Source: an uncultured Rhodospirillales bacterium (lineage in GTDB: Bacteria; Pseudomonadota; Alphaproteobacteria; Acetobacterales; Acetobacteraceae). From it: DNA of 64,000 bases. The notes under the pieces are model-generated. The model was not told the DNA's origin, made no database searches, and worked only from the letters and a program-made list of their open reading frames with translations. The position numbers and the translations under genes were made by a program. Every line of letters begins with the position of its first letter. Positions within the stretch are counted from its first letter, which is position 1. Positions 46,565 to 56,624 of the stretch are shown piece by piece. The stretch covers positions 16,275-80,274 of the forward strand of contig CAIYMY010000029.1 in the NCBI GenBank assembly GCA_903927465.1. Direction: 5' to 3'.

Positions 46565-49222
46565 ATGCCCCCCGCCCAAGCCCCCTTAGGCCCGATTCCC
46601 GATGCCAGCGGCGCCACGCCGGCCATGGCCCAATGGTTCACCGCCAAGGCCACCCATCCGGATGCGCTGGTGTTTTTCCGCATGGGCGATTTCTATGAGC
46701 TGTTCTTCGCCGATGCCGAAGCCGCCGCCGCTGCCTTGAATATCGCGCTCTCTTTCAGGGGTGAGCATCGCGGCCAGAAAATCGCCATGTGTGGCGTGCC
46801 GGCCCATGCGCATGAAAGCTATCTGGCGCGGCTAATCCGCCAGGGTTTTCGCGTTGCCATTTGCGATCAGATGGAAACGCCCGAACAGGCCAAGGCGCGC
46901 AAAGCGCCGACCATCCGGCGCGACATCACGCGGCTGGTGACGGCTGGCACCGTCACGGAAGAAACCCTGCTGGAAGCCGCGCGCCCAGCCTGGCTTTTGG
47001 CCCTCGCCCCCCTGGAAGACCGGATCGGCGCCGCCTGGCTTGATGTCTCGACCGGCGCCTTTGGCACGGAAACCCTGCCACGCGGCGAAGTCCAGGCCCT
47101 GCTTGCGCGGCTGGAACCGGCCGAAATCCTGGCCCCAGAAGGGGTTTTTGAAGGCGAAGTGGCCGCGCGCATCACGCCGGCTGACCCACCGCGCGATGCC
47201 GCGCGACGCCTCGCCGAGGCTTTCGATGTCTCAACCCTGGATGGGTTTGGCAGTTTCAGCGCCGAAGAACTCGCCGCCGCAGCCATGGCGGTTGATTATG
47301 TACGGGCAACCCAAGCGGGCGCCCTGCCGCGCCTCGCCCCCCCCAGCCCCATGGGCGGGCGCGGCTTGTTGCAGATGGATGCCGCCACACGCCGATCCTT
47401 GGAAATCTTGAAAAGCGAAAGGGGGGAGGCGCGGCATTCGCTTCTCGCCGCCGTGGACCGCACCGTGACCGCTGCCGGAGCGCGGGAATTGGCCGCGCGC
47501 CTTGCCTCTCCGCTTGCGGAAGCCGCACCCATTCTTGCGCGGCATGAGGCAGTGGGCTGGATGCTCGCAGCACCTTCCGAACGTGCGGCATTAAGGGCAG
47601 CGTTGAAGGGCTCACCCGATATGGCGCGGGCCTTGGCGCGGCTCTCGCTCGATCGGTTTGCGCCGCGTGATCTGGCCGCCATTCGCGATGGGCTGGCCCG
47701 GGCCGATTCCATGGCAGCGGCGCTTGATGCCACCGGCGGCTTGCAGCCCGCGTTGATTGAAGCAGCGCGCGGCGCGCTGGTGCCGGAAGCCTCGCCGCAA
47801 GCGGAATTGCATCGCGCCTTGGCCGAAACCCTGCCGGCACGCCTGGAAGATGGTGGGCTGATTGCCGCGGGCTATGACGGCGAATTGGATGCGCTGAGGC
47901 GGCTGCGTGATGGTGGGCGCGAAGCCATTGCTGCGCTGCAATTGGATTTGGCGCAGGCCTGGGGCGTGGCGGCGCTGCGTATTCGCCATCATCAGCAATT
48001 CGGCTTTCTCGCGGAGATGCCCTTGGCAGCCGGCGAGAAATTGCTGCGCGGCGCCATCCCTGAAGGCCCCATGTGCCCCATTCATCGCCAAACCATGTCG
48101 AATGCTATGCGCTTCACCTGCGCCGCATTGGCCGAATTGGACCGCAAGGTGGCGGAAGCCGGCGATCAGGCAGCGCGGCGGGAACGTATGGTCGCGCAGC
48201 ATTTGCGCCGGCTTTGCCTGAATGCCGCGCCCGGCACCGCCGCGGCAGCAGCGGCCATGGCGGAATTGGATGTGCATGCGGCAGGCGCGGAATTGGCCGC
48301 GGGTGGTGGCTGGTGCCGGCCAGAAATGACCGAAAAGCCCGATTTCGCCATCAAGGCCGGGCGGCATCCGGTTGTGGAAGCGGCCCTCGCCCGTGCCCGT
48401 GGCCCCGCCTTTGTGCCCAATGATTGCGATCTATCGGCGGGCCAGCGGCTATGTTTGCTCACCGGGCCGAATATGGCCGGTAAATCCACGTATTTGCGGC
48501 AAAACGCGCTATTTGTGATCCTGGCCCAGGCCGGGCTTTTCCTACCCGCCGAAGCCGCGCGGCTTGGCCTGGTGGATCGGCTTTTCTCCCGCGTTGGCGC
48601 GGCGGATGACATTGCCGGCGGGCGTTCCACCTTCATGGTGGAGATGGCCGAAACGGCGGCGATATTGAACCTGGCCAGCGCGCAATCCTTGGTGGTCTTG
48701 GATGAGGTCGGGCGCGGCACCGCCACCTGGGATGGGCTCGCGATTGCCTGGTCGGTGCTGGAAGCTTTGCATGACCGCATCCGCTGCCGCACCATCTTCG
48801 CCACGCATTTCCATGAATTGACCTCCCTTGCCGCCAAATTGCCGGAACTGGCACTGGCCACCATGCAGGTGCGCGAATGGCGCGGACAGGTGATTTTCCG
48901 CCACAGCGTGGGCCCCGGTGCCGCCGAGAAATCCTGGGGCCTGCATGTTGCGAAGCTTGCCGGCGTGCCGCGTGAAGTGCTGCGGCGCGCTGAGGCTGTG
49001 CTCGGCTCCCTTGAAGCCCGCGCCAAGGGGCTTGACCCCATGTCTGAGGATTTGCCGCTTTTCGCGCGCCCAGGCCCCGCCGCGCCGCCATCCCATCCGG
49101 CGCTGGAAGCGCTTGCACAGATGGACCCTGATGCACTCAGTCCGCGAGAAGCGCAGGAGTTTCTCTACCGCGTTAAATCGCTTTTGGAGACTGTCGCAGA
49201 GCCGCCGGACAAGTTATTGTGA
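46565..49222 (+). CDS. mutS: DNA mismatch repair protein MutS
   Basis: FFRMGDFYELFF, GPNMAGKST, STFMVEM, DEVGRGT and ATHFHEL motifs; start taken at ATG 46565. Confidence 0.96.
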   Translation: MPPAQAPLGPIPDASGATPAMAQWFTAKATHPDALVFFRMGDFYELFFADAEAAAAALNIALSFRGEHRGQKIAMCGVPAHAHESYLARLIRQGFRVAICDQMETPEQAKARKAPTIRRDITRLVTAGTVTEETLLEAARPAWLLALAPLEDRIGAAWLDVSTGAFGTETLPRGEVQALLARLEPAEILAPEGVFEGEVAARITPADPPRDAARRLAEAFDVSTLDGFGSFSAEELAAAAMAVDYVRATQAGALPRLAPPSPMGGRGLLQMDAATRRSLEILKSERGEARHSLLAAVDRTVTAAGARELAARLASPLAEAAPILARHEAVGWMLAAPSERAALRAALKGSPDMARALARLSLDRFAPRDLAAIRDGLARADSMAAALDATGGLQPALIEAARGALVPEASPQAELHRALAETLPARLEDGGLIAAGYDGELDALRRLRDGGREAIAALQLDLAQAWGVAALRIRHHQQFGFLAEMPLAAGEKLLRGAIPEGPMCPIHRQTMSNAMRFTCAALAELDRKVAEAGDQAARRERMVAQHLRRLCLNAAPGTAAAAAAMAELDVHAAGAELAAGGGWCRPEMTEKPDFAIKAGRHPVVEAALARARGPAFVPNDCDLSAGQRLCLLTGPNMAGKSTYLRQNALFVILAQAGLFLPAEAARLGLVDRLFSRVGAADDIAGGRSTFMVEMAETAAILNLASAQSLVVLDEVGRGTATWDGLAIAWSVLEALHDRIRCRTIFATHFHELTSLAAKLPELALATMQVREWRGQVIFRHSVGPGAAEKSWGLHVAKLAGVPREVLRRAEAVLGSLEARAKGLDPMSEDLPLFARPGPAAPPSHPALEALAQMDPDALSPREAQEFLYRVKSLLETVAEPPDKLL

Positions 49223-52023
49223 CAGTGATGAGTCTATCGGAAAACGCGTCTGCCCTTACTGAGCCTCCGCCACGTCGCGGGCCGAATGGCCATGTCCCGG
49301 CGGCGGAACAGCCTTTGCTGCTGGCCGATCTGCTGGCCGAATTGCTGCCGGCGGGTGAGCCGATACCGCGCGATGTGGCCTTGGCGCTGCTGCGCCGGCA
49401 TTTGGGGCGCATCCAGGGCCGTGTGCAGCAAGCTTTTGAGGCGCGTGAATTATCCGGCCTTGCCGCCGCGCGCTGGCTGGCCGCGCTGACCGATACGCTG
49501 ATGTTCGGCATTCACCGCTATACCGAAGCGATGCACCCGCCTGATAGCGGCGAGAAGTCCCATGCCCTTGTCGCGACCGGTGGTTATGGCCGAGGTGTGC
49601 TGGCGCCATTTTCCGATATTGATCTGCTTTTCCTGAGCGATAGCAGCATGGGCGCGCGGGGCAGGAAGGCAGTTGAATTCATGCTCTATCTGCTCTGGGA
49701 TATGGGGCTGAAGGTTGGGCATGCCACCAGATCGCGCAGTGAATGCCTGCAGGAAGCCAAGAACGACGCAACAGTGATGACCGCGCTTTTGGATGCGCGG
49801 CTGATCGCGGGCGATCCTTCCATTTTTACGCGCTTTGATGAAGCATTTCGCACCGCGCGCACGCGCATCGGGCTGAAACCCTTTCTTGAAGCAAAGCTCG
49901 CCGAAAAGCATAAGCGCCATCGGCGCTATGGCGACAGCCCTTACATGGTGGAACCCCATGTCAAGGAAGGGCGTGGCGCGCTGCGCGATCTACAAACGCT
50001 TTATTGGCTGGCGCGCTATGCCTTCAATGTGGAACGCATGCCGGAATTGGTCGGCCCCAATAGCCCAGGCGGCGGGCTGCTGACAGCAAGTGAGGCGCGC
50101 GCCATTCGCCGCGCCTGGGATTTCCTGTGGACCGTGCGCTTTCACTTGCACATCGTCACGGGCCGCGCGGAAGAACGCCTGACGTTTGACTTGCAGCCGG
50201 TGGTTGGTGCCCGCATGGGCTATACGCGGCGCGGCCTTCAGGATGGCGTTGAACGCTTCATGAAGCATTTCTTCCTGACAGTGCGTGATGTGGCGCGTTT
50301 CACGCGCATTCTGGAACCCGCCATTATTCGCGCCGCACTTGGCCGCCCTGCCGTGCTGCCGGCACCCGATAAGGCGCTCACCGAAGCGGGCTTTGGCCTT
50401 GCCGATGGCAAGATCATCGCCGCACCAGGCTTTGATTTCACGGTTGAACCCGTATTGATGCTGCGCATCTTTCGGCTGGCACGTGATCGGGGCTTGGATA
50501 TCCACCCGCTCGCCTTCCGCGCCATTATTCGCCATGCGCGGCAACTGGCACGCTTGCGCGGGGACCCGGCGGCGAGCGCGGAATTCCTTGATATCCTGTC
50601 CGGCAGAGACCCGCACATCTGGATGCGCATGTTGAATGAGGCCGGGCTGATCGCGGCACTTTTGCCCGATTGGCAACGCGTGGTCGGGCTGATGCAATTC
50701 GACACCTATCACGTGTTTACGGTGGATGAGCATACCATCGAAGCAATCGGCGTTCTGGGCGCGATGGAACGCGGCGAGCTCACTGAAATCGCGCCCGTGG
50801 CCAGTGAATTGATTGGCCAGGTGCAATCCCGCCGTGCGCTTTATGTGGCGATGCTGCTGCATGATGCTGCCAAGGGGCGTGGTGGCGATCATTCGGAATT
50901 GGGTGCGGAATTGGCGCTGCATGTCTGCCCCGCCCTTGGCCTGACGCCGGAAGAAACCGAGACAGTTTCCTGGCTGGTGCTGCATCATTTGCTGATCAGC
51001 GAAACCGCCTTCCGTCGGGACATTGAAGACCCGAAAACCATCCTGGACATTGCCGAGATTGTGCAAAGCCCGGAACGGCTCCGGCTGCTGCTGGTGCTGA
51101 CGGTGGCCGATATGCGCGCGGTCAGCGGCAAGGTCTGGAATGGCTGGAAAGCGACGCTGCTGCGCGAACTTTATTGGCGTGTGGCGGAAGTGCTGGCGGG
51201 CGGGCTTTCCGTGCCCGAACGGGATGTGCGCGTGGCGCGCGCCAAGGATGCGGCGGCGAAATTGCTCGCCGGGCATCCGCGTGCGGCGGTGGATCATTAC
51301 CTCGGCCTTGGTTACCCGGGCTATTGGCTTTCCTTCGATCCCGAAACCCATGCGCGCCATGCGGCGATGATCCAGGAAGCGCGCGCAAACAAGGCGCCGC
51401 TGACGGTACATACGCGCGTTTTGGAAAATCGCGCGGTGACGGAAGTGACGGTCTATTGCACCGACCATCCCGGGCTATTCAGCAAAATCGCGGGCGCCTT
51501 GGCAGTGGCGGGGGCGAGCATTGTGGATGCGCGCATCCATACCATGACCGATGGCATGGCCTTGGATACTTTCTGGGTTCAGGATTATCAGGGCGGGCCT
51601 TTGGATGCGCCGCATCGTCTGGCGCGGCTTTCGGTTCTGGTGGAACAGTCGCTTTCTGGGCGGCTTCGCCTCAAGGATGAAATCCGCAAGCTGAAGCGCG
51701 AACCAGCCAGGCTCCGCGCCGTGACGGTGCCGCCGCGTGTGGTGATAGATAATCACGCTTCCAATACGCACACGGTGATCGAAGTGAATGGCCGCGACCG
51801 GCCTGGGCTTTTGCATGACGTAACCGCAGCAATGAGCGACCAGGCCATGCAAATCGCCTCAGCCCATATCACCACCTATGGGGTGCGCGCGATTGACGTG
51901 TTTTACGTGAAGGATGTGTTCGGGCTGAAGGTTGAAAATGAACGCAAGCTCGGTTCATTGCGCCACGCCCTGGAAGCGGCCCTTGTGCCGCCCGAGCTTG
52001 AGGCGAAGGCAGCGGCGCGGTGA
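49219..52023 (+). CDS. glnD: [Protein-PII] uridylyltransferase/uridylyl-removing enzyme
   Basis: GGYGRG..APFSDIDL NT domain, HVFTVDEH and LLHD HD domain, two ACT domains (DHPGLF, DRPGLL). Confidence 0.96.
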   Translation: MTVMSLSENASALTEPPPRRGPNGHVPAAEQPLLLADLLAELLPAGEPIPRDVALALLRRHLGRIQGRVQQAFEARELSGLAAARWLAALTDTLMFGIHRYTEAMHPPDSGEKSHALVATGGYGRGVLAPFSDIDLLFLSDSSMGARGRKAVEFMLYLLWDMGLKVGHATRSRSECLQEAKNDATVMTALLDARLIAGDPSIFTRFDEAFRTARTRIGLKPFLEAKLAEKHKRHRRYGDSPYMVEPHVKEGRGALRDLQTLYWLARYAFNVERMPELVGPNSPGGGLLTASEARAIRRAWDFLWTVRFHLHIVTGRAEERLTFDLQPVVGARMGYTRRGLQDGVERFMKHFFLTVRDVARFTRILEPAIIRAALGRPAVLPAPDKALTEAGFGLADGKIIAAPGFDFTVEPVLMLRIFRLARDRGLDIHPLAFRAIIRHARQLARLRGDPAASAEFLDILSGRDPHIWMRMLNEAGLIAALLPDWQRVVGLMQFDTYHVFTVDEHTIEAIGVLGAMERGELTEIAPVASELIGQVQSRRALYVAMLLHDAAKGRGGDHSELGAELALHVCPALGLTPEETETVSWLVLHHLLISETAFRRDIEDPKTILDIAEIVQSPERLRLLLVLTVADMRAVSGKVWNGWKATLLRELYWRVAEVLAGGLSVPERDVRVARAKDAAAKLLAGHPRAAVDHYLGLGYPGYWLSFDPETHARHAAMIQEARANKAPLTVHTRVLENRAVTEVTVYCTDHPGLFSKIAGALAVAGASIVDARIHTMTDGMALDTFWVQDYQGGPLDAPHRLARLSVLVEQSLSGRLRLKDEIRKLKREPARLRAVTVPPRVVIDNHASNTHTVIEVNGRDRPGLLHDVTAAMSDQAMQIASAHITTYGVRAIDVFYVKDVFGLKVENERKLGSLRHALEAALVPPELEAKAAAR

Positions 52024-52349
52024 GCGAGGGTTTCAAAACTTTCGCTGATTTCTGGATTTATTACCTGAACGAACACGCCAAACCCATGACACGCGCCTTG
52101 CATTTTGCCGGCACGGGTGCCGGGCTTTTGCTGTTTTTGCTCGGGCTGATTTCAGGCAATTCCTGGCTGTTACTCGTGGCGTTGGTCTGTGGCTATGGCC
52201 CCGCCTGGGTCGGGCATTTCTTCATTGAAAAGAACCGCCCCGCCACCTTTCGCCACCCGTTATGGTCGCTGATCGCGGATTTCCGCATGTTCCTTTTCTT
52301 CATCACCGGGCGACTTGGCGCGGAGCTTCGCCGCCACGGGATTGGTTAA
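52020..52349 (+). CDS. DUF962/Mpo1-like small membrane protein
   Basis: FW.YYL.EH, AW.GHFF.EKNRPATF.HP.WSL motifs; GTGA overlap with glnD. Confidence 0.88.
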   Translation: MSEGFKTFADFWIYYLNEHAKPMTRALHFAGTGAGLLLFLLGLISGNSWLLLVALVCGYGPAWVGHFFIEKNRPATFRHPLWSLIADFRMFLFFITGRLGAELRRHGIG

Positions 52350-52445
52350 AGGCAAGACCGCACCATTGTCTTAGTCTCTTGACCGCATTCCTCTACAGGA
52401 ACGGCATCATCGCCGCTGCGGCGTTCCGCGTGGTCAAGGCTCGCG

Positions 52446-52649
52446 CTACAAAACCCTCAAATTGATCGCCGCAGGCTTGCCGCGTTCGCTCGCGACATCA
52501 AAGGCGACTTTCTGGTTTTCCTTGAGCCCTTGCAGGCCAACTTTCTGTACGGCGGTGATATGCACAAAGACATCCTTGCCGCCATCATCGGGCAGGATGA
52601 AGCCAAAGCCTTTGGTTGCATTGAACCATTTCACAGTGCCATTCGGCAT
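52446..52649 (-). CDS. cspA: Cold-shock protein
   Basis: GTVKWFN, KGFGFI (RNP1) and DVFVH (RNP2); 67 aa from ATG 52649. Confidence 0.95.
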   Translation of the reverse strand: MPNGTVKWFNATKGFGFILPDDGGKDVFVHITAVQKVGLQGLKENQKVAFDVASERGKPAAINLRVL

Positions 52650-52798
52650 TATGCGAGCCCCTTTTGTTGTGGCGGCGTAAGCCCCGCCGCGTTTTCCGGG
52701 CTTCCCGGACGGGCCCGATGGCGGTCGAAATGCCGACCACTCGGCAAGGCACGGCACGAAAAACCCGCCCAAATCAGACAATTTTCACCCGGGCAGCG

Positions 52799-53947
52799 TC
52801 AAGCTTTTTGCGCCAACCATGCCCGGATTTCCGCATTATGCTCGCCCAAATCCGGCGTGCGGCGGGTGATGCGTGCCGGCGTGCCTTCAAGCCTGAGTGG
52901 TGATGCCAAATGCTGGATCGGTCCGCGTTCGGGGTCTTCGAAAACCTGCGCAAGGCCGCGGGCCTGCCCCTGCGGATGCGCCAAGGCCTCATCATAAGAA
53001 AGCACGGGCTCCGATGGGATGCCGGCCTTGCCAAGTGCCGCCAGCCATTCGGCACTGCCGCGCGTTGCCAGAATATCCTGCAGAATCGTGATCAGCGCTG
53101 CGTTATTCGCCACACGATCCGCATTGGTCTTGAAGCGCGGATCGGTGGCCAGTTCCGACCGGCCGATAATGCCGCATAGCGCCTGCCAGAACTTCTCCTT
53201 CGATGCGCCCAGCGTGATGTAGCCATCGGCGGTCTGAAACACGCGATAGGGCGCCGATCCGCGATGCAATTGCCCAAGCCGCGAAGGGCGCGTGCCATGG
53301 GCGAAAACATGCGCCGCTTCATAAACGCCAAGCGCCACACCTGCTTCGAACAGGGATTGATCAATGCGCTGGCCCTGCCCTGTCTTCTCACGCGCCTGCA
53401 AGGCGGCCATGACCGACAGCGCCGAGAACATTCCCGCCGTGACATCGGTAATCGCGATTGGCAGCCGGTACGGCTCGCCATCCGGCGGGCCATTGCCGGC
53501 CATGAGGCCCGACATGCCCTGCGCCATCATATCAAGGCCCCCATGATCTGCCCAAGGCCCCGTCTGGCCAAAACCTGAAATCGCGCACCAGATCAGGCGC
53601 GGATTGGCGGCACTCAGCGCCTCCCACCCCAAACCCAGCCTGGCCAAAGTGCCGGGGCGGAAATTTTCGACCAGCACATCGGCGCGGAGCGCCAATTGGC
53701 GGACAAGCTCAACATCCTCGGGCTGTTTCAAATCCGCGGTGATACTGCGCTTGTTGCGGTTCCAGACGGCGAAGGGCTGGCTGCGGCCATCCACGAAGGG
53801 CGGCATGCGGCGCGCATCATCCCCGCCATCGGGGCGTTCCACCTTGATGACATCGGCGCCCAGATCACCCAGCAGCATGGTGCAATAGGGGCCAGAGAGA
53901 AAATTCGTGAGATCCAAAACAATCAGCCCATCCAGCGCAGCGGTCAC
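52799..53947 (-). CDS. CaiB/BaiF class III CoA-transferase
   Basis: LSGPYCTMLLGDLGADVIKVE, NRNKRS and GLD catalytic Asp; GTG start. Confidence 0.92.
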   Translation of the reverse strand: MTAALDGLIVLDLTNFLSGPYCTMLLGDLGADVIKVERPDGGDDARRMPPFVDGRSQPFAVWNRNKRSITADLKQPEDVELVRQLALRADVLVENFRPGTLARLGLGWEALSAANPRLIWCAISGFGQTGPWADHGGLDMMAQGMSGLMAGNGPPDGEPYRLPIAITDVTAGMFSALSVMAALQAREKTGQGQRIDQSLFEAGVALGVYEAAHVFAHGTRPSRLGQLHRGSAPYRVFQTADGYITLGASKEKFWQALCGIIGRSELATDPRFKTNADRVANNAALITILQDILATRGSAEWLAALGKAGIPSEPVLSYDEALAHPQGQARGLAQVFEDPERGPIQHLASPLRLEGTPARITRRTPDLGEHNAEIRAWLAQKA

Positions 53948-54098
53948 GATGTTTCATCCTTGCTTATCGGGCAAAAGCCTCGGCATGCGGCGAAACCCTG
54001 TCAAGCAGCGCAAAGGGGCTGGACCTGGGCCGCGCATCGGCACAGGGTATCTTCACATGACCAAAGCGCGGACCAACCGCGCAGAACAGGAGAGGAAG

Positions 54099-55055
54099 AT
54101 GCGCCTTTTTGGCTGGATCATTGGCGCCGTCATGGCGCTCACTACACACCCAACCCTTGCCGCCTGGCCCGAGCGGCCCATCACCGCCATCGTCCCCTTT
54201 GCTGCCGGCGGCGGCACAGATGGCGTGGCGCGCATCATGGCCGATCACCTTGGGCGCAGCCTGGGCCAGGCGGTGGTGATCGAAAATCGCGGTGGTGCCA
54301 ATGGCAATATCGGCGCGATCGCGGCGGCGCGCGCCAGGCCCGATGGCTACAGCTTCTTCTTCACCACCGGCACCACCCAAGCGATCAACCCGGCGCTTTA
54401 TCGCAGCCTGCCCTATGATCCGGTGCGCGATTTCGCCCCGGTTGGGCGCATTGGCATCTTCCCGCTCATGCTTGCGGTACATCCGTCCGTGAAAGCGCAG
54501 AATATCGCGGAGCTGATCAGCCTGCTGCGCGCGGAACCGGGCAAGTTCACCTTCGGTCATTGGTCGGCGGTCTATCTCGCCGCCGGCAAAAATTTTGTGC
54601 GCCAGATCGGGGCCGAGGTGCTGGACGTGCCCTATCGTTCCTCCGCCAATACCATGACCGATTTGGTGGCGGGGCGGATTTCCTTCGCCATTGTGGACCT
54701 CACCATCGGCATTCCGCTGGCGCGCGGCAATGAGTTGCGACCCTTGGCAGTGACGGGCGCGCAGCGTAGCGCCCTGCTGCCAAACCTGCCGACGCTTCAG
54801 GAAGCCGGGCTGGCCGGGTTTGATGTCGCTGCCTGGATGGGGGTTTACGCCCCCGCCAATACCCCGGCCGAGGCTGTTCGCGGCATGGAAGCCGCCCTTG
54901 CGCGGGCATTGAGTGACCGCGCGGTGGTGGAACGCCTCTCCACCCTTGGTTTTGAGCCCATGCCTGGGGATGCGGCGGAATTGGCCCGCTTCAACGCGAC
55001 CGAGATCACCCGCTGGCAGGCGTTGATCACAGCCGCCGAGATCAAGGTGGAGTAG
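54099..55055 (+). CDS. Bug/TctC substrate-binding protein
   Basis: Signal peptide; PFAAGGGTD, IENRGGANG and VPYRS motifs; AGGAGAGG RBS. Confidence 0.92.
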   Translation: MRLFGWIIGAVMALTTHPTLAAWPERPITAIVPFAAGGGTDGVARIMADHLGRSLGQAVVIENRGGANGNIGAIAAARARPDGYSFFFTTGTTQAINPALYRSLPYDPVRDFAPVGRIGIFPLMLAVHPSVKAQNIAELISLLRAEPGKFTFGHWSAVYLAAGKNFVRQIGAEVLDVPYRSSANTMTDLVAGRISFAIVDLTIGIPLARGNELRPLAVTGAQRSALLPNLPTLQEAGLAGFDVAAWMGVYAPANTPAEAVRGMEAALARALSDRAVVERLSTLGFEPMPGDAAELARFNATEITRWQALITAAEIKVE

Positions 55056-55154
55056 CTTGTGTTTGGTCGCATTTTCCGAGTCGCCAAGCGGGGCGCTTGG
55101 CTTGAAAATGCTCCGGGTCCTTGACCGCGCTTCGCTTGGGGGTTTCAACAGCCC

Positions 55155-56573
55155 ATGGCCGAATCTTCCTCCCTTCCCCCCGCACTTGCCAGTCTGCTTG
55201 GCCCCACAGGTCTGCTGACTGAACCGTCTGATCTGGCCCCCGCGCTGGCCGATTGGCGGAGCCTGTATCAGGGCCGGGCTTTGGCGCTGCTTCGCCCCGC
55301 CAATACCGCCGAATTGGCCGAAGCGGTCAGGCTGTGCAGCGCCACTGGCATCGCCATTGTGCCGCAGGGGGGCAATACCTCCATGGTCGGTGGCGCCACG
55401 CCAGATGCTTCCGGGCGCAACGTGATTGTCTCGCTGGCCCGCATGAACCGCATCCGCGATCTTGACCCGGTGGATATGACCATGACGGCTGAGGCCGGCG
55501 TGGTGGTGAAAACCGCGCAGGAAGCCGCTGCCGCCGCGGGCTGCCTTTTCCCTCTCAGCTTCGGTGGTGAGGGCACGGCCATGATCGGCGGTGTGCTGTC
55601 CACCAATGCTGGCGGTAACAACACCGTGCGCTACGGCAATGCGCGGGAATTGATGCTGGGGCTTGAAGTGGTGCTGCCCGATGGCAGCATCTGGCATGGC
55701 CTGAGGCGCTTGCGCAAAGACAATACCGGCTATGCGCTGCGCCATGTTTTTGTCGGCGCCGAAGGCACGCTTGGCATCATCACCGCCGCCGTCTTGAAGC
55801 TTTTCGCCCGCCCCCGCGCCAATGAGGTGATTTTCGCCGCCGTGCGTGATGCCGAAGCAGCGCTGGGCCTGTTTCGCCGCTTTCGCGACAATGACGAAAG
55901 CGCGATCCGCGCCTTTGAATATATGTCGGGCGATGGGGTTGATCTTACCGTGCAGCTCATCCCCGGCGTGACCCTGCCGCTTGCTGAACGCGCCCAGCAT
56001 TACGCGCTGATTGATTTGGCCTCCACCAGGCCAGATGCGGATTTGCGCGGGCTCGCGGAACAAGTCCTGGCACCGGCGATGGAATCAGGCGAAGTGCTGG
56101 ATGCCGTGCTGGCGGAAAGCGAAGCGCAGCGCGCAGCACTTTGGCGCATTCGCGAAGAACATACCGAAGCGCAGCGCAAGGCCGGTGCCTCGGTGAAGAA
56201 TGATGTCTCCGTCCCCGTCTCCCGCGTGCCAGAATTGATCGAACGTGCCTCGGAAGCCTGCCGCAAGCTGATGCCGGGCATCCGCCCCATGCCCTTCGGC
56301 CATATGGGCGATGGCAATATCCATGTGAATCTGGTGCAGCCGGAAGGCGCTGACCCGGCGGCTTTCCTCGCGCGCAGCCATGACATCATGGATTGCGTGA
56401 ATGAGGTGGTGCGGGATCTGGACGGGTCTTTCAGCGCGGAACACGGCATCGGCCAGCTCAAGACCGATATGATGGAAGAATGGCGCGGGGGCGCGGAGCT
56501 TGCGGTAATGCGCCAAATCAAGGCCGCGCTGGACCCCAAGGGCCTGATGAATCCGGGCAAGGTGCTGCCCTGA
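55155..56573 (+). CDS. FAD-linked oxidase (D-2-hydroxyglutarate/D-lactate dehydrogenase type)
   Basis: PQGGNT.MVGG, GGVLSTNAGG, RKDNTGY, FGHMGDGNIH, SAEHGIG and MNPGK motifs. Confidence 0.92.
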   Translation: MAESSSLPPALASLLGPTGLLTEPSDLAPALADWRSLYQGRALALLRPANTAELAEAVRLCSATGIAIVPQGGNTSMVGGATPDASGRNVIVSLARMNRIRDLDPVDMTMTAEAGVVVKTAQEAAAAAGCLFPLSFGGEGTAMIGGVLSTNAGGNNTVRYGNARELMLGLEVVLPDGSIWHGLRRLRKDNTGYALRHVFVGAEGTLGIITAAVLKLFARPRANEVIFAAVRDAEAALGLFRRFRDNDESAIRAFEYMSGDGVDLTVQLIPGVTLPLAERAQHYALIDLASTRPDADLRGLAEQVLAPAMESGEVLDAVLAESEAQRAALWRIREEHTEAQRKAGASVKNDVSVPVSRVPELIERASEACRKLMPGIRPMPFGHMGDGNIHVNLVQPEGADPAAFLARSHDIMDCVNEVVRDLDGSFSAEHGIGQLKTDMMEEWRGGAELAVMRQIKAALDPKGLMNPGKVLP

Positions 56574-56624
56574 AGCCTTTGCCGCTTTCGGCATTGGCGC
56601 CAAGCGGTTAGGCTTACCAAGCCG

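Noticed and set aside
52378-52438. tRNA gene
   Set aside because: Only 61 nt, with no T-psi-C loop, D-loop GG or 7-nt anticodon loop. Kept only as a structured element.
53964-56063. Long antisense ORFs (e.g. 53964-56063, 49990-51468, 37941-39377, 12583-13905, 14006-14983)
   Set aside because: They lie opposite well-supported genes, have no recognisable motifs, and are expected shadows of stop-poor high-GC coding DNA.
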